DNA of 64,000 bases from an uncultured Verrucomicrobiae bacterium (GCA_963707025.1 CAVPOM010000018.1:12507-76506); one strand, 5' to 3'. Counted from the stretch's first letter, positions 38,626 through 47,401 are shown. Made by a program: numbers and translations. Notes: a model not told the origin generated them from the sequence alone.

Positions 38626-40098
38626 ATGAGCGTGACTGAGGCACCAGCGGCAACGGCGGCAACGGCGGCTGGCCCGCAGGTTTCGAGGACCCAACTCGAA
38701 ACTTCCGGGGCGGTGCCGCTCCTGGGCCTGTTCGCCGGCGCGGCGGTCTGGCTCCTGCTGGGTTTGCTGCTGGCGCTGCTCTGTTCGCTCAAACTGCATG
38801 CCGCCGGCTTGCTGGCCTCCGGGCCGATGTTCACTTATGGGCGCGTCCACGCCGCGGCGGACACGGCGCTGCTCTATGGCTTTGGCGTTCCGGCCGCGCT
38901 GGGAACCGGGCTGTGGCTGCTCTGCCGCCTGGGGCGGACGCGATTGGCGGCGCCGGCGGTGGCCGCCGTGGGAGCGCTGGCCTGGAATGCGGCGGTGGCC
39001 GCGGGTCTCTGGGCCATCCTGCGCGGCGGCGGGACCGGCTACCAAGGGTTTGAGATGCCGGGGGCCATCGCGCCGGTTCTGCTGTTGTCGTACCTGCTGA
39101 TCGGAATCTGCGGGGTCGTCACCTTTGGGCAGCGGGAGGCGGGGCCGCTTTATCCGTCGCAATGGTTCGTGCTCGGGGCGCTTTTTTGGTTTGGGTGGAT
39201 TTTTTCCACGGCGGGGCTGCTGCTGCTGGGCGCGCCGGTGCGCGGCGTTCTCCAGGCCTTGGTCAACTGGTGGTATGAGCATAATCTGGGCACGGTGTTT
39301 TTTGGGTTTGCCGGGCTGGCTTCGATTTTTTATTTCATCCCCAAACTGACCGGGCGGCCGCTGCACAGTTATTATCAGGCGGCGCTGGCGTTCTGGATGC
39401 TGGCGCTGGCGGGCAGTTGGGGCGGAATTCCCGGCGGCGCGCCGCTGCCGGGCTGGCTGGTCAGCGTGTCCGTGGCGGGGACGGTGCTGACGGTCATCCC
39501 CATCGCGGCGGTGGCGATGAATTTGTATTTGACGGTGAGAGGGGAGGCGCTGGCGCGGGAGGCCTGCCCCAGCCTTCGTTTCACCTGCGCGGGCCTGATT
39601 TTTTGGGTGATCGCCAGCGCGCAGGAGGTGGCGGGGGCGCTGCCGTCGGTCGGGGCGCTGACCGATTTCACCTGGTTCACCACGGCGCAACGGGACCTGT
39701 TCCGCTACGGTTTCGTGGGGATGACGATGTTCGGGGCGATTTATTACATCGTGCCGCGGCTGGCCGATGCCAAGTCCGCCGCGCCGGACGGACTGTGGAA
39801 AGGGTGGTTAAGCCAATGGCATTTCCGGCTGATGCTGGCGGGGGTGGTGATTGGATACATGGCCTTGCTGGTGGCGGGCGTCTGGGAGGGAGTGGAGTTC
39901 CAAAGCCCCGCCCATTCGTTCGCGGCGGTGATGAGGGGCACGATGATGGCGCTGCGCCTGAGCACGCTGGGTCCCCTGTTGCTCACGCTGGGGATGATCG
40001 CCTTTCTGCTGAATTTTGCGCTGCTGCTGAAAGGTTGCTGCGCCCGCTGCCGCCGGGAAAGATGGGGCGGCCGGGAGATGCGAAAGGGGGACGCATGA
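38626..40098 (+). CDS. CcoN-like (cbb3 oxidase subunit I-like) membrane protein lacking most metal-ligand histidines
   Basis: Colinear similarity to CcoN: FTYGR...LLYGFG, LYPSQWFVLGA, NWWYEHNLGTVFFGFAGLASIFYFIPKLTGRPLHSY, LTDFTWFT...YGFVGMTMFGAIYYIVPR, SQWHFRL. There are only six His in 490 aa. The CuB HH site reads GGIPGG and the haem HxH site reads TAQRD. Confidence 0.8.
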   Translation: MSVTEAPAATAATAAGPQVSRTQLETSGAVPLLGLFAGAAVWLLLGLLLALLCSLKLHAAGLLASGPMFTYGRVHAAADTALLYGFGVPAALGTGLWLLCRLGRTRLAAPAVAAVGALAWNAAVAAGLWAILRGGGTGYQGFEMPGAIAPVLLLSYLLIGICGVVTFGQREAGPLYPSQWFVLGALFWFGWIFSTAGLLLLGAPVRGVLQALVNWWYEHNLGTVFFGFAGLASIFYFIPKLTGRPLHSYYQAALAFWMLALAGSWGGIPGGAPLPGWLVSVSVAGTVLTVIPIAAVAMNLYLTVRGEALAREACPSLRFTCAGLIFWVIASAQEVAGALPSVGALTDFTWFTTAQRDLFRYGFVGMTMFGAIYYIVPRLADAKSAAPDGLWKGWLSQWHFRLMLAGVVIGYMALLVAGVWEGVEFQSPAHSFAAVMRGTMMALRLSTLGPLLLTLGMIAFLLNFALLLKGCCARCRRERWGGREMRKGDA

Positions 40099-40868
40099 AC
40101 AACGGGCCGATGCTTTATTTGGGATTGTTTGCCGCGATGGCGATTTCGTGGGTAACCTTTGTACTCGGCCCGCAGGTGCAAATGGCCGGCCTGCTGCCCG
40201 CCCGGACGGTGGGGTCGCTGCCGGTCAGTTATCCGAACACCCCGCCCGGCCTGGCGCGGCAGGGGGCCGAGGTGTACCGGGCCTGCGGGTGCGTCTATTG
40301 CCATACCCAGCAGGTCCGCCCCGAGGAGCTGGGCTCGGACTTGGCCCACGGCTGGGGCATCCGGCGGAGCGTGGCGCATGACTACATTTATGATCGTCCG
40401 GTCCTGCTGGGCACGCAGCGGGTCGGGCCGGACCTGGCCAATGCGGGGTTGCGCATGGATGCCATGGCCGTGCTGGTGCGGCTGTGGGATGCCCGCACCA
40501 TCAATCATCTGGACGCCGCCCATTCCATTATGCCGTCCTACAAGTATTTGTTTGAAGTGCGCAAAATCGGGCGGATGCCATCGCCCGACGCCCTGGTGGT
40601 TGCGCCGCAATTTGCGGCGGCGCCAGGTTATGAGATTGTGCCGCGGCCGGCGGCGCGCGCCCTGGCGGCGTATGTGGCGAATATGCGCCAGGAGCCGTAT
40701 CTTTTTGAAGCACCGCCGCCGCCGGGTGCGATCAACACCAACACGCCGGCGGGAGGAACCAACGCGCCGGCCGGCGGGACCAATGCGCCGGCGGGAGGCA
40801 CCAATGCACCCGCGGCGGGCAGCGGAGCGCCCGGCCTGCCTGGCGGCACGAATGCGGCCAAACCGTAA
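40095..40868 (+). CDS. CcoO-like monoheme cytochrome c subunit (cbb3 subunit II-like)
   Basis: ATGA overlap with the upstream gene. TM anchor, then GAEVYRACGCVYCHTQQVRP (CxxCH), RRSVAHDYIYDRPVLLGTQRVGPDLANAG and MPSYKYLF. The C-terminal tail carries three PAGGTNA repeats. Confidence 0.8.
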   Translation: MNNGPMLYLGLFAAMAISWVTFVLGPQVQMAGLLPARTVGSLPVSYPNTPPGLARQGAEVYRACGCVYCHTQQVRPEELGSDLAHGWGIRRSVAHDYIYDRPVLLGTQRVGPDLANAGLRMDAMAVLVRLWDARTINHLDAAHSIMPSYKYLFEVRKIGRMPSPDALVVAPQFAAAPGYEIVPRPAARALAAYVANMRQEPYLFEAPPPPGAINTNTPAGGTNAPAGGTNAPAGGTNAPAAGSGAPGLPGGTNAAKP

Positions 40869-40884
40869 TCCGCCATCCGCAACC

Positions 40885-40933
40885 ATTAAGATTGAGAATG
40901 GAGATTAAGATTAGGATTAAGATTAAGATTAGA
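40885..40933. repeat. Hexamer-repeat element, single arm (locus 6)
   Basis: attaagattgagaatggagattaagattaggattaagattaagattaga lies between the CcoO-like stop and the cytochrome c start. Confidence 0.85.
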
Positions 40934-40950
40934 ATGCAATCCGTCACGCC

Positions 40951-41577
40951 ATGAACCAGAATCCTCCAGAGCCAGCCGCCGCTGTGGAACGGGATGAGCC
41001 TGCCGTCGGGCCGTCGGCTGTTCCCATCTGGCTGATTCTTCTGCTGGGCTTGCTGGTTTACTGGGGATTGAATTATGTCAATGAGCACGGCGGCTGGTTC
41101 AATGCGCAAGTTTATGAGCCGTTCACCACCTATGCGGAAGTGGCGCAATGCCAGCCGCACAATCCGGAAGGTGACTATCTGGCGTTGGGCGAGTCGGTGT
41201 TTAAAGAATCCTGCATTCTGTGCCATCAAGCCAATGGCGCGGGCAAGGAAGGCCAGTTCCCGCCGCTGGCCGGGTCGGACTGGCTGAATGCACCGGGGCC
41301 AAACCGGATCGTCCGCATTGTTTTGAACGGCCTGACCGGGCCCATCCGGGTTGAAGGAGGTCCCAACGGCCCGGTCGGCCTCAATGCCACCATGGCGCCG
41401 CTGGGAGGCACTTACACCGATGAGAAAGTGGGGGCGGCCTTGACCTACGTGCGCCAGCAGTGGGGCAACAAAGCATCGAAGATCACGCCCGATCAGGTCA
41501 GAACCATCCGGGAAGCGATCAAAGCGCATCCCGCGCCGTTCACGCCGGATGATTTGTTGAAGATTCCGGTGCAATAA
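40951..41577 (+). CDS. Membrane-anchored class I monoheme cytochrome c
   Basis: TM segment IWLILLLGLLVYWGL. Haem site CILCHQANGAG, then PPLAGSDWL and a distal MAPLG. Confidence 0.8.
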   Translation: MNQNPPEPAAAVERDEPAVGPSAVPIWLILLLGLLVYWGLNYVNEHGGWFNAQVYEPFTTYAEVAQCQPHNPEGDYLALGESVFKESCILCHQANGAGKEGQFPPLAGSDWLNAPGPNRIVRIVLNGLTGPIRVEGGPNGPVGLNATMAPLGGTYTDEKVGAALTYVRQQWGNKASKITPDQVRTIREAIKAHPAPFTPDDLLKIPVQ

Positions 41578-41641
41578 GAATAGTGAATTGAGAATTGAGA
41601 ATAGTGAAGTTTCTGAATTCTCAATTCTACATTCTCAATTC
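41578..41641. terminator. AT-rich imperfect hairpin built from GAATTGA-type repeats, between convergent genes
   Basis: gaatagtgaattgagaattgagaatagtgaag-tttctg-aattctcaattctacattctcaattc, with core stem GAATTGAGAAT/ATTCTCAATTC. It lies between the cytochrome c stop (41577) and the M20 peptidase stop (41635). Confidence 0.5.
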
Positions 41642-43008
41642 ATCTTTCCCAGCCGGCGCCAAAGGAGGGCGCTCATGCGCGAGCCTTTTTCGTAGCAATC
41701 CAGGTTGAATTTTTCGTTGGGAGAATGGGCGTTGTCATCGGGCAGGGCCAAACCCAGGAGCAAGGAATCGGCGCGCAGAACTTTTCTGAACTGGGTGACG
41801 ATGGGAATGGAACCGCCTTCGCGGATGAGAATGGGTTCGCAGCCAAAGGCTTCCCTGAGGGTGGCCAAGCCGGCCTGGGCCAGCGCGCCGGAGGGGGAAA
41901 CCAGATACGGCTCGGCGCCGTGTCCCGCCTCGGCTTGCAAACGCACGGTGGGCGGACAGATTTTTTTGAGCTGCTTGAGAATCGCCTTGCGGATGCGCTC
42001 CGGGTTTTGCTCGGGCACCAGGCGAAAGGTCAGCTTGGCCCTGGCCCAGGCCGGAATGATCGTCTTGCTCCCCTCCCCCTGATAACCGCTGGTCAGGCCG
42101 TTGATCTCGATGGTCGGACGGGAACTGCGTTGCTCGATGAAATTATAGCCGCGCTCGCCAAACAGCCGCGGCACGCCCAGGGACTTCCGATAGGCCGCTT
42201 CCGTCATGGGAAAGCGGGCCATTTGTTTTCTCTCGTAGGCGGAGAGCGGGGCAACGTCGTCGTAAAAACCGGGAATGGCGACGCGCCCGTTTTTGTCGCG
42301 CAACCGGGCGAGCAACTGGCTCAGGGCCAGGGCGGGATTGTCCACCGTGCCGCCGTAGATGCCGGAATGCAAATCGCGGGCCGGCCCGTGGAGGGTGATT
42401 TCCACGGCGCAGATGCCGCGCAAGGCATAAGTCAGGGCGGGATGATCCAGGCCGGGCATGCCGGTGTCGGAAATGACGACGGCCCGGCAGTGCAGTTCGT
42501 CGTGGTTGGCCAGCAGGAAGCTGTCCAGGCTTTTGCTGCCCACTTCCTCCTCCCCTTCGATGATGAAGGTGAGGTCGCAGGGGAGCGAAGTTTTTGTGGC
42601 CAGATAAGCCTCCACCGCGTTGAGGTGGGCGAGGTTTTGCCCCTTGTTATCGCTGGCGCCCCGGGCGAAGAGGGAACGGCCTTCGAGGCGCGGCTCGAAG
42701 GGAGGGCTTTTCCAAAGGTCAAACGGCTCGGCCGGTTGCACATCGTAATGGCCGTAAATGAGAAACGACGGCTTGGTGGAATGAGGCGAGCGCGGCGTTT
42801 TGGCGACGACGACGGGATGGCCGGCGGTGGGACAAAGGCGGCTTTCCAGGCCGATGTCTTTGCAGTGCGCCACCAGCCACGCGGCGCAGGCGGCCAGATC
42901 GCCGCGATGGGCCGGTTGGGCGGAGACGCTGGCAAAGCGGACGTACTGACAAAGCTGGTCCAGGAAATGCGCCTTCTTTTGCTCCAGATAATTCAAAACG
43001 GCTTGCAT
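41635..43008 (-). CDS. M20-family dipeptidase / peptidase
   Basis: 457 aa with ...FLIYGHYDVQPAEP..., RGASDNKGQ, IIEGEEEVGS and ...HSPNEKF..., which match the M20 metal-ligand blocks. Confidence 0.85.
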   Translation of the reverse strand: MQAVLNYLEQKKAHFLDQLCQYVRFASVSAQPAHRGDLAACAAWLVAHCKDIGLESRLCPTAGHPVVVAKTPRSPHSTKPSFLIYGHYDVQPAEPFDLWKSPPFEPRLEGRSLFARGASDNKGQNLAHLNAVEAYLATKTSLPCDLTFIIEGEEEVGSKSLDSFLLANHDELHCRAVVISDTGMPGLDHPALTYALRGICAVEITLHGPARDLHSGIYGGTVDNPALALSQLLARLRDKNGRVAIPGFYDDVAPLSAYERKQMARFPMTEAAYRKSLGVPRLFGERGYNFIEQRSSRPTIEINGLTSGYQGEGSKTIIPAWARAKLTFRLVPEQNPERIRKAILKQLKKICPPTVRLQAEAGHGAEPYLVSPSGALAQAGLATLREAFGCEPILIREGGSIPIVTQFRKVLRADSLLLGLALPDDNAHSPNEKFNLDCYEKGSRMSALLWRRLGKMN

Positions 43009-43105
43009 AAGTGGTTGCCAACATAAGGGAGGAGGACGGCGTTGTCGAAACGAAATTGCGCCTGGGCGCCTTTCAACTTTTTGGGTCGCTGCTCCTGCTC
43101 TGCTT

Positions 43106-43182
43106 CCTAATCTTAATCTTAATCTTAATCTTAATCTTAATCCTAATCCTAATCCGCTGGCACGAAGCAGATTAAGATTGGG
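43106..43182. repeat. Hexamer-repeat element (locus 8): long left arm, short right arm
   Basis: Eight CTTAAT/CCTAAT units (43106..43153), spacer cgctggcacgaagcag, then attaagattggg (43171..43182). Confidence 0.9.
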
Positions 43183-43240
43183 CGCAGAAACCGCCGCCCT
43201 GAAAATTAAATTGCCCCCTGCGCCCGACGCGCGGCCGGGC

Positions 43241-45038
43241 TTACTTCAGGGCCAGAACTTTGCGCTCGTTGTCAAATTCGAGCGTGACGGAGGAAGGGCC
43301 GATGGCCACGACGGTCGCGCCCGCGGGAAGCCGGTCTTGCGGCCGCACCCGCCTGCCGCTGATGACGGCGGTGGGGTTGCTTTGGGAATAGAAGATGGAT
43401 TGCAATCGCAAATTGGCAAAGGCCAGGTCCTTGGCCGTGGGAGGCGGCGGCGCGGCGGGAGGGGTTTCCACGGGCGCGGTCACCGCAGGGGGAGCCTCCG
43501 CGACTTTGACCGGAGGAGCCACGGGCGCCGGGGCGGGGGCAGGAGGCGTGACGTCGGCGACGGTGACGGGCGGCTTTGCAGCCATGTTCTTGTCCGGTGG
43601 CACTGCCGGCGGCAGCGCCAGGCGCAAGAAAGCTTGTGTGCCCAGGAGGAAAGTGAGAACAAACAGCACGACCAGGATGCCCGGCGTAAACCCAACGCTG
43701 CCGCGGAATGGAAAAAACAGCCGGGAGGGCGGGCGCTGGCTTGACCGGCTTGGGCGCCGGCTTGGGCGCCGGCTTGGGGCTGGCCGCGGCGGGCTTTTTG
43801 GCGGCGCCGCTTTCGCCGGGCCGGGTGCGGGCTTCGGGGCCTTCCAATTCCGGTGTCAGGACCATTTCGCGCCAGTATTGCAACCGGCCGTCCAGTCCCA
43901 AATCGGCCAGGTAGGCCTCATCAACTTGGGCGGGGACATAGCCTTCCTTGTCCGGCTTGGCTTCATAAAGCAGGGCATTGGCCACATGGACGGCGGTCAG
44001 CGGGGTGAAGCGTTTGGACAGGCAGCGGGACGGGTTGTGATGGAGGGCGGCCGCTTCCACCAAGTCCAGCGGCATCCCCCACAGCCCCAGCAAATAGGCC
44101 CCGATCTCGCCGTGACTGGCCCCAAAAATCTGCTTCTCCACTTCCCAGAGCGGGATTTGCTGCCGGCGCGCCAGCGCCTGGGCGCCGCTGTACTGCTCGT
44201 CAAAGTTGGAGGCCAGCACCAGCTTGCCCAAATCATGCATCAAGCCCGCCGTGAAAGCCGACTCGGCCAGCACCGGGTCATCCTGCTGGGTGAAAGCCAG
44301 CCGGCGGCTGATCCGCGCCACCTCCGTGCTGTGGCGCCACAGCCGGTCAATGGAAAAATACACCGGCTTGACTTTATCGTACTGACTGAGAAGTTTGAGC
44401 GTGATGACCATGGACTTGACCGTCTCAAAACCGAGGATGCCGACCGCCTCCACCGGGTCGCTGATCTTGCGCGGCAATCCGAAACAGGCCGAATTGGTCA
44501 CCTGCAGCAGCTTGGTCATCATGGCCATGTCCTTGGCGATGATCGCCCCCACTTCGGCCGTGGTGGTGTGCGGGGATTTCAGGGCGTTGATCACTTCCAG
44601 GTAAAGGGAGGGGACAATGGGGAAGGTGCGCAGACGGGAGATCAGTTCGCGCAGGCTGTCGTTGGTCAGCCAGAGGTCAATGGACAGGGCCCGTTCGATG
44701 GCGTTTTTCAGGGTCTCGCTGTCGCACGGCTTGGTCAAAATCAGGTGCGATCCTTCCACGTCGGCCATCCGGTTTTCCTTGTCCAGCTCTCCGGCCAGCA
44801 GAATGCGGATGGTTTTGGGATATTCGGCATGGACTCGATCCAATAATTCGACTCCCTCGTTGGCTCCCGGCAAGGCGCAATCGGCCACCAGCACATCGCT
44901 GGGGTGGGCGGCCATTTCAGCCAGGGCTTCGTTCGGGCTGGCCACTAATTTGACTGTCCACTCCTTCCCCAGGGCGCGGCCGTATTCCTCCAGCGTGGGC
45001 GGATCAGCGTTCGCGATTAAAATGTGTTTATTGCCCAT
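43241..45038 (-). pseudogene. Response-regulator receiver + HDOD domain protein; the C-terminal TM/GspC-like part is in another frame (frameshift, or a separate small gene)
   Basis: Receiver (HILIANADPP...VLVADCALPG...TKP) and HDOD (...LLQVTNSACFGLPRKISDPVEAVGILGFETV...HDLGKL...). After KPAPALPAVF the frame turns into Arg-rich nonsense. The frame of ORF 43241..43669 reads FFPFRGSVGFTPGILVVLFVLTFLLG...AFANLRLQSIFYSQSNPTAVISGRRV...VTLEFDNERKVLALK. The candidate switch is the T6 run (A6 on the plus strand) at 43712..43717. Confidence 0.7.
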
Positions 45039-45424
45039 ATATCATCATTGGACAGGAACGATCTTGGCAGGATGTTCGCTATCTTACAAGTTTTATCGGC
45101 GGAACCGGAGGCGGACTTGAGGGGAAATAAAGCGCCCAGGAACGAGGAAGAATGGAGGAGGAACTGGCAACCAAAAAGAGCCTCCGCCGGCCCGGCGTGC
45201 CCATTCGCCTTCTTGCAGCCCGGCCTTTTCTCAAACCGTTGAGCGGCAAGGGCGCATCCCGCCGGCGCCCTCGCTCCAATCCGTCTCCCTCTGCCCCACG
45301 GGTCTGTGGAGCGGAGGGAGAGCCGGCGGGAGGTTTCCCTGCAGGAGCCAGCCGTGCCAGCCACGGGACTTGGCTTGAATTTCACTGGCCTTCCCGCGCC
45401 GGGGCCGGTAGAGTCCACCCTTTC

Positions 45425-46240
45425 ATGGCACTGCCCATAAAACTGATCTCAACGGATTTTGACGGGACTTTGTTTGCCGAATTCGAGAACCCTCCGGTTC
45501 CACCCGCCCTGCAAACCATCCTCGGCCAGTTGCAGGGGCGCGGCGCCCGCTGGGTCATCAATACCGGACGCGATCTTTCCAGCCTCCTGGAATCGCTGGG
45601 GCGCGCCCATCTGCCTGTCAAACCTGATTTTCTGGTGGTGGTGGAACGGGAGATTTACGTTCGCCGCGATTCCCAGTACCTGGAGTGCGAGGCATGGAAT
45701 CGCGCCTGCTCGGAGGCCCACCGCCAGTTGTTCGAGCGGGTGCGCCCGGATTTGACGCGTTTGACCGCCTGGGTGCGCCAGCGCTTCAGCGCCACCCTCT
45801 ACGAGGATTCCTATTCCCCACTCTGCCTCATCGCGGAGAAAAACCAGGACGCCGAGGCCATTCACCAGTACCTGGATGGTTATTGCCGGGAAGTGCCGGG
45901 CCTGACGGTGGTGCGCAACGATGTCTATGCCCGCTTCAGCCACCGCGACTTCAACAAGGGAAGCGCCCTGGGCGAAATCGCGCGTCTGCTCAGCGTGGGC
46001 CGCGAGGAAACCTTCGCCGCCGGCGACCACTTCAACGATCTGCCGATGCTGTTGCGCGAGCATGCCCGCTGGCTGGTCGCGCCCGCCAACGCCATTGACC
46101 CGGTCAAAGACGCCGTGCGCCGCCAGAATGGATATGTCAGCCAGCTCCTGCATGGCCATGGCGTGGCCGACGGCCTGGAATTCTGTCTCAAGCGGGCCAC
46201 CGTCCTGGGTCTCGTGGACCTGATGGGCAGCCGAAGTTAG
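45425..46240 (+). CDS. HAD-superfamily hydrolase (Cof/SPP-like)
   Basis: MALPIKLISTDFDGTLF (motif I DxD), INTGRD (motif II), and GDHFNDLPML (motif IV). Confidence 0.75.
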   Translation: MALPIKLISTDFDGTLFAEFENPPVPPALQTILGQLQGRGARWVINTGRDLSSLLESLGRAHLPVKPDFLVVVEREIYVRRDSQYLECEAWNRACSEAHRQLFERVRPDLTRLTAWVRQRFSATLYEDSYSPLCLIAEKNQDAEAIHQYLDGYCREVPGLTVVRNDVYARFSHRDFNKGSALGEIARLLSVGREETFAAGDHFNDLPMLLREHARWLVAPANAIDPVKDAVRRQNGYVSQLLHGHGVADGLEFCLKRATVLGLVDLMGSRS

Positions 46241-46378
46241 AGCAGGCTGGCTTTGCGAATACGGAACCCGCTCGGCAACCGGCGCAGCCATTCCCGCTCC
46301 GGGCGGGTCTTGCTTCAGCGCCATCGGTGAAGCGGGTCCTGCGCTCGATGTGCTGGCCGGGTGGACGGAGTCGCGGGC

Positions 46379-46663
46379 ATGAAAAAACCAAATCGCGCGG
46401 TCGGGCTTGACGCCGGCTGGCAGGTGATTCAAATAGAAAAGGTGAACGTTCGAGAGTTGAAAAAGAAGGTGAGCGGTGGCGGCTTTCGTCCGTTTTCGAT
46501 CTGCACGGCCGATGGGCGGCAGTTTGAGGTCCCGCATCCCGAATTCATTCTCTTCGGGAAATACAGCATTGCGGTTCTCGACAGGCAAGGTTTCATAAAC
46601 AATATAGATCCTTTGCAGATCGTCTCCGCCAGGGAGCTTTCCCGCCGCAATGGCGGCTCTTGA
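46379..46663 (+). CDS. Hypothetical small protein
   Basis: MKKPNRAVGLDAGWQVIQIEKVNVRELKK...; no family recognised. Called as coding on ORF length and composition only. Confidence 0.45.
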   Translation: MKKPNRAVGLDAGWQVIQIEKVNVRELKKKVSGGGFRPFSICTADGRQFEVPHPEFILFGKYSIAVLDRQGFINNIDPLQIVSARELSRRNGGS

Positions 46664-46783
46664 ATCCTTCATCCGGGAAACGCCGCCATCCATCCGCGCG
46701 CGACGCCCCTGGCATGGGGCTGATGCCTCAATTTCGCAGGACCCCGCCTTTTCGCGCGCTGCCCGGCGAAGGAACAAAGTCCG

Positions 46784-47401
46784 CTAACAAGCTTTCATCG
46801 CTTCGGCCGCCAGCGCCGTGATTTTTTCCCAGGCACGCCGCGCCAGCAGCTCCCTTTCCGCCATCCACGATCCGCCCACCGCCGCCACTTGCGGCAAGGC
46901 CAGGTAGGCTGGCAGCGTCGCCGCGGTGATGCCGCCGGTGGGCACGAATTGCACGCCGGTGTGGGCGAACGGCCCGGCCAGCGCCTTGAGCATCGCCACC
47001 CCGCCCGAGGCTTCGGCGGGAAAAAACTTAAGCAGCTTGCATTTCAAGTTCAGCGCCCGCCCCACTTCCGTCGGCGTCACCACCCCGGGAATATACGGCA
47101 GGTTGCGCGCCAGGGCCGCCGCCAGCACCGACTCATCCAGGCCCAGCGCCACCAGGAATTGCGCGCCCGCCTCCGCCGCCTGCGCCGCCTGATAGGGCGT
47201 GAGCACCGTCCCCGCGCCGACGGTCATCGCCGGCAGGTCCCGGCGAATGCGCCGGATGGCCTCCGCCGCGCCCTCGGTGCGGAACGTCACCTCGATGGTG
47301 TGCAATCCCCCCGCCAGGAGCGCCCGGGCCAGCGCCACCGCATCTTCGGGATGGTCAATCACCGCCACGCAAACCAGCCTTTGCTGGAGAACATTTTCCA
47401 T
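46784..47401 (-). CDS. eda: KDPG / 4-hydroxy-2-oxoglutarate aldolase
   Basis: Internal ATG at 47401 gives MENVLQQRLVCVAVIDHPEDAVALARALLAGGLHTIEVTFRTEGAAEAIRRI...GAGTVL...PGVVTPTE...LKFFPAEASGG...FVPTGGI. Confidence 0.85.
   Translation of the reverse strand: MENVLQQRLVCVAVIDHPEDAVALARALLAGGLHTIEVTFRTEGAAEAIRRIRRDLPAMTVGAGTVLTPYQAAQAAEAGAQFLVALGLDESVLAAALARNLPYIPGVVTPTEVGRALNLKCKLLKFFPAEASGGVAMLKALAGPFAHTGVQFVPTGGITAATLPAYLALPQVAAVGGSWMAERELLARRAWEKITALAAEAMKAC

Noticed and set aside
45017-45418. 133-aa minus-strand ORF and 362-aa plus-strand extension (45152..46240) in the divergent promoter region.
   Set aside because: The extension upstream of MALPIKLISTDFDGTLF is Arg/Pro-rich and lacks a HAD N-terminal counterpart. 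The true HAD start is the ATG at 45425, and the minus-strand ORF has no protein-like features.
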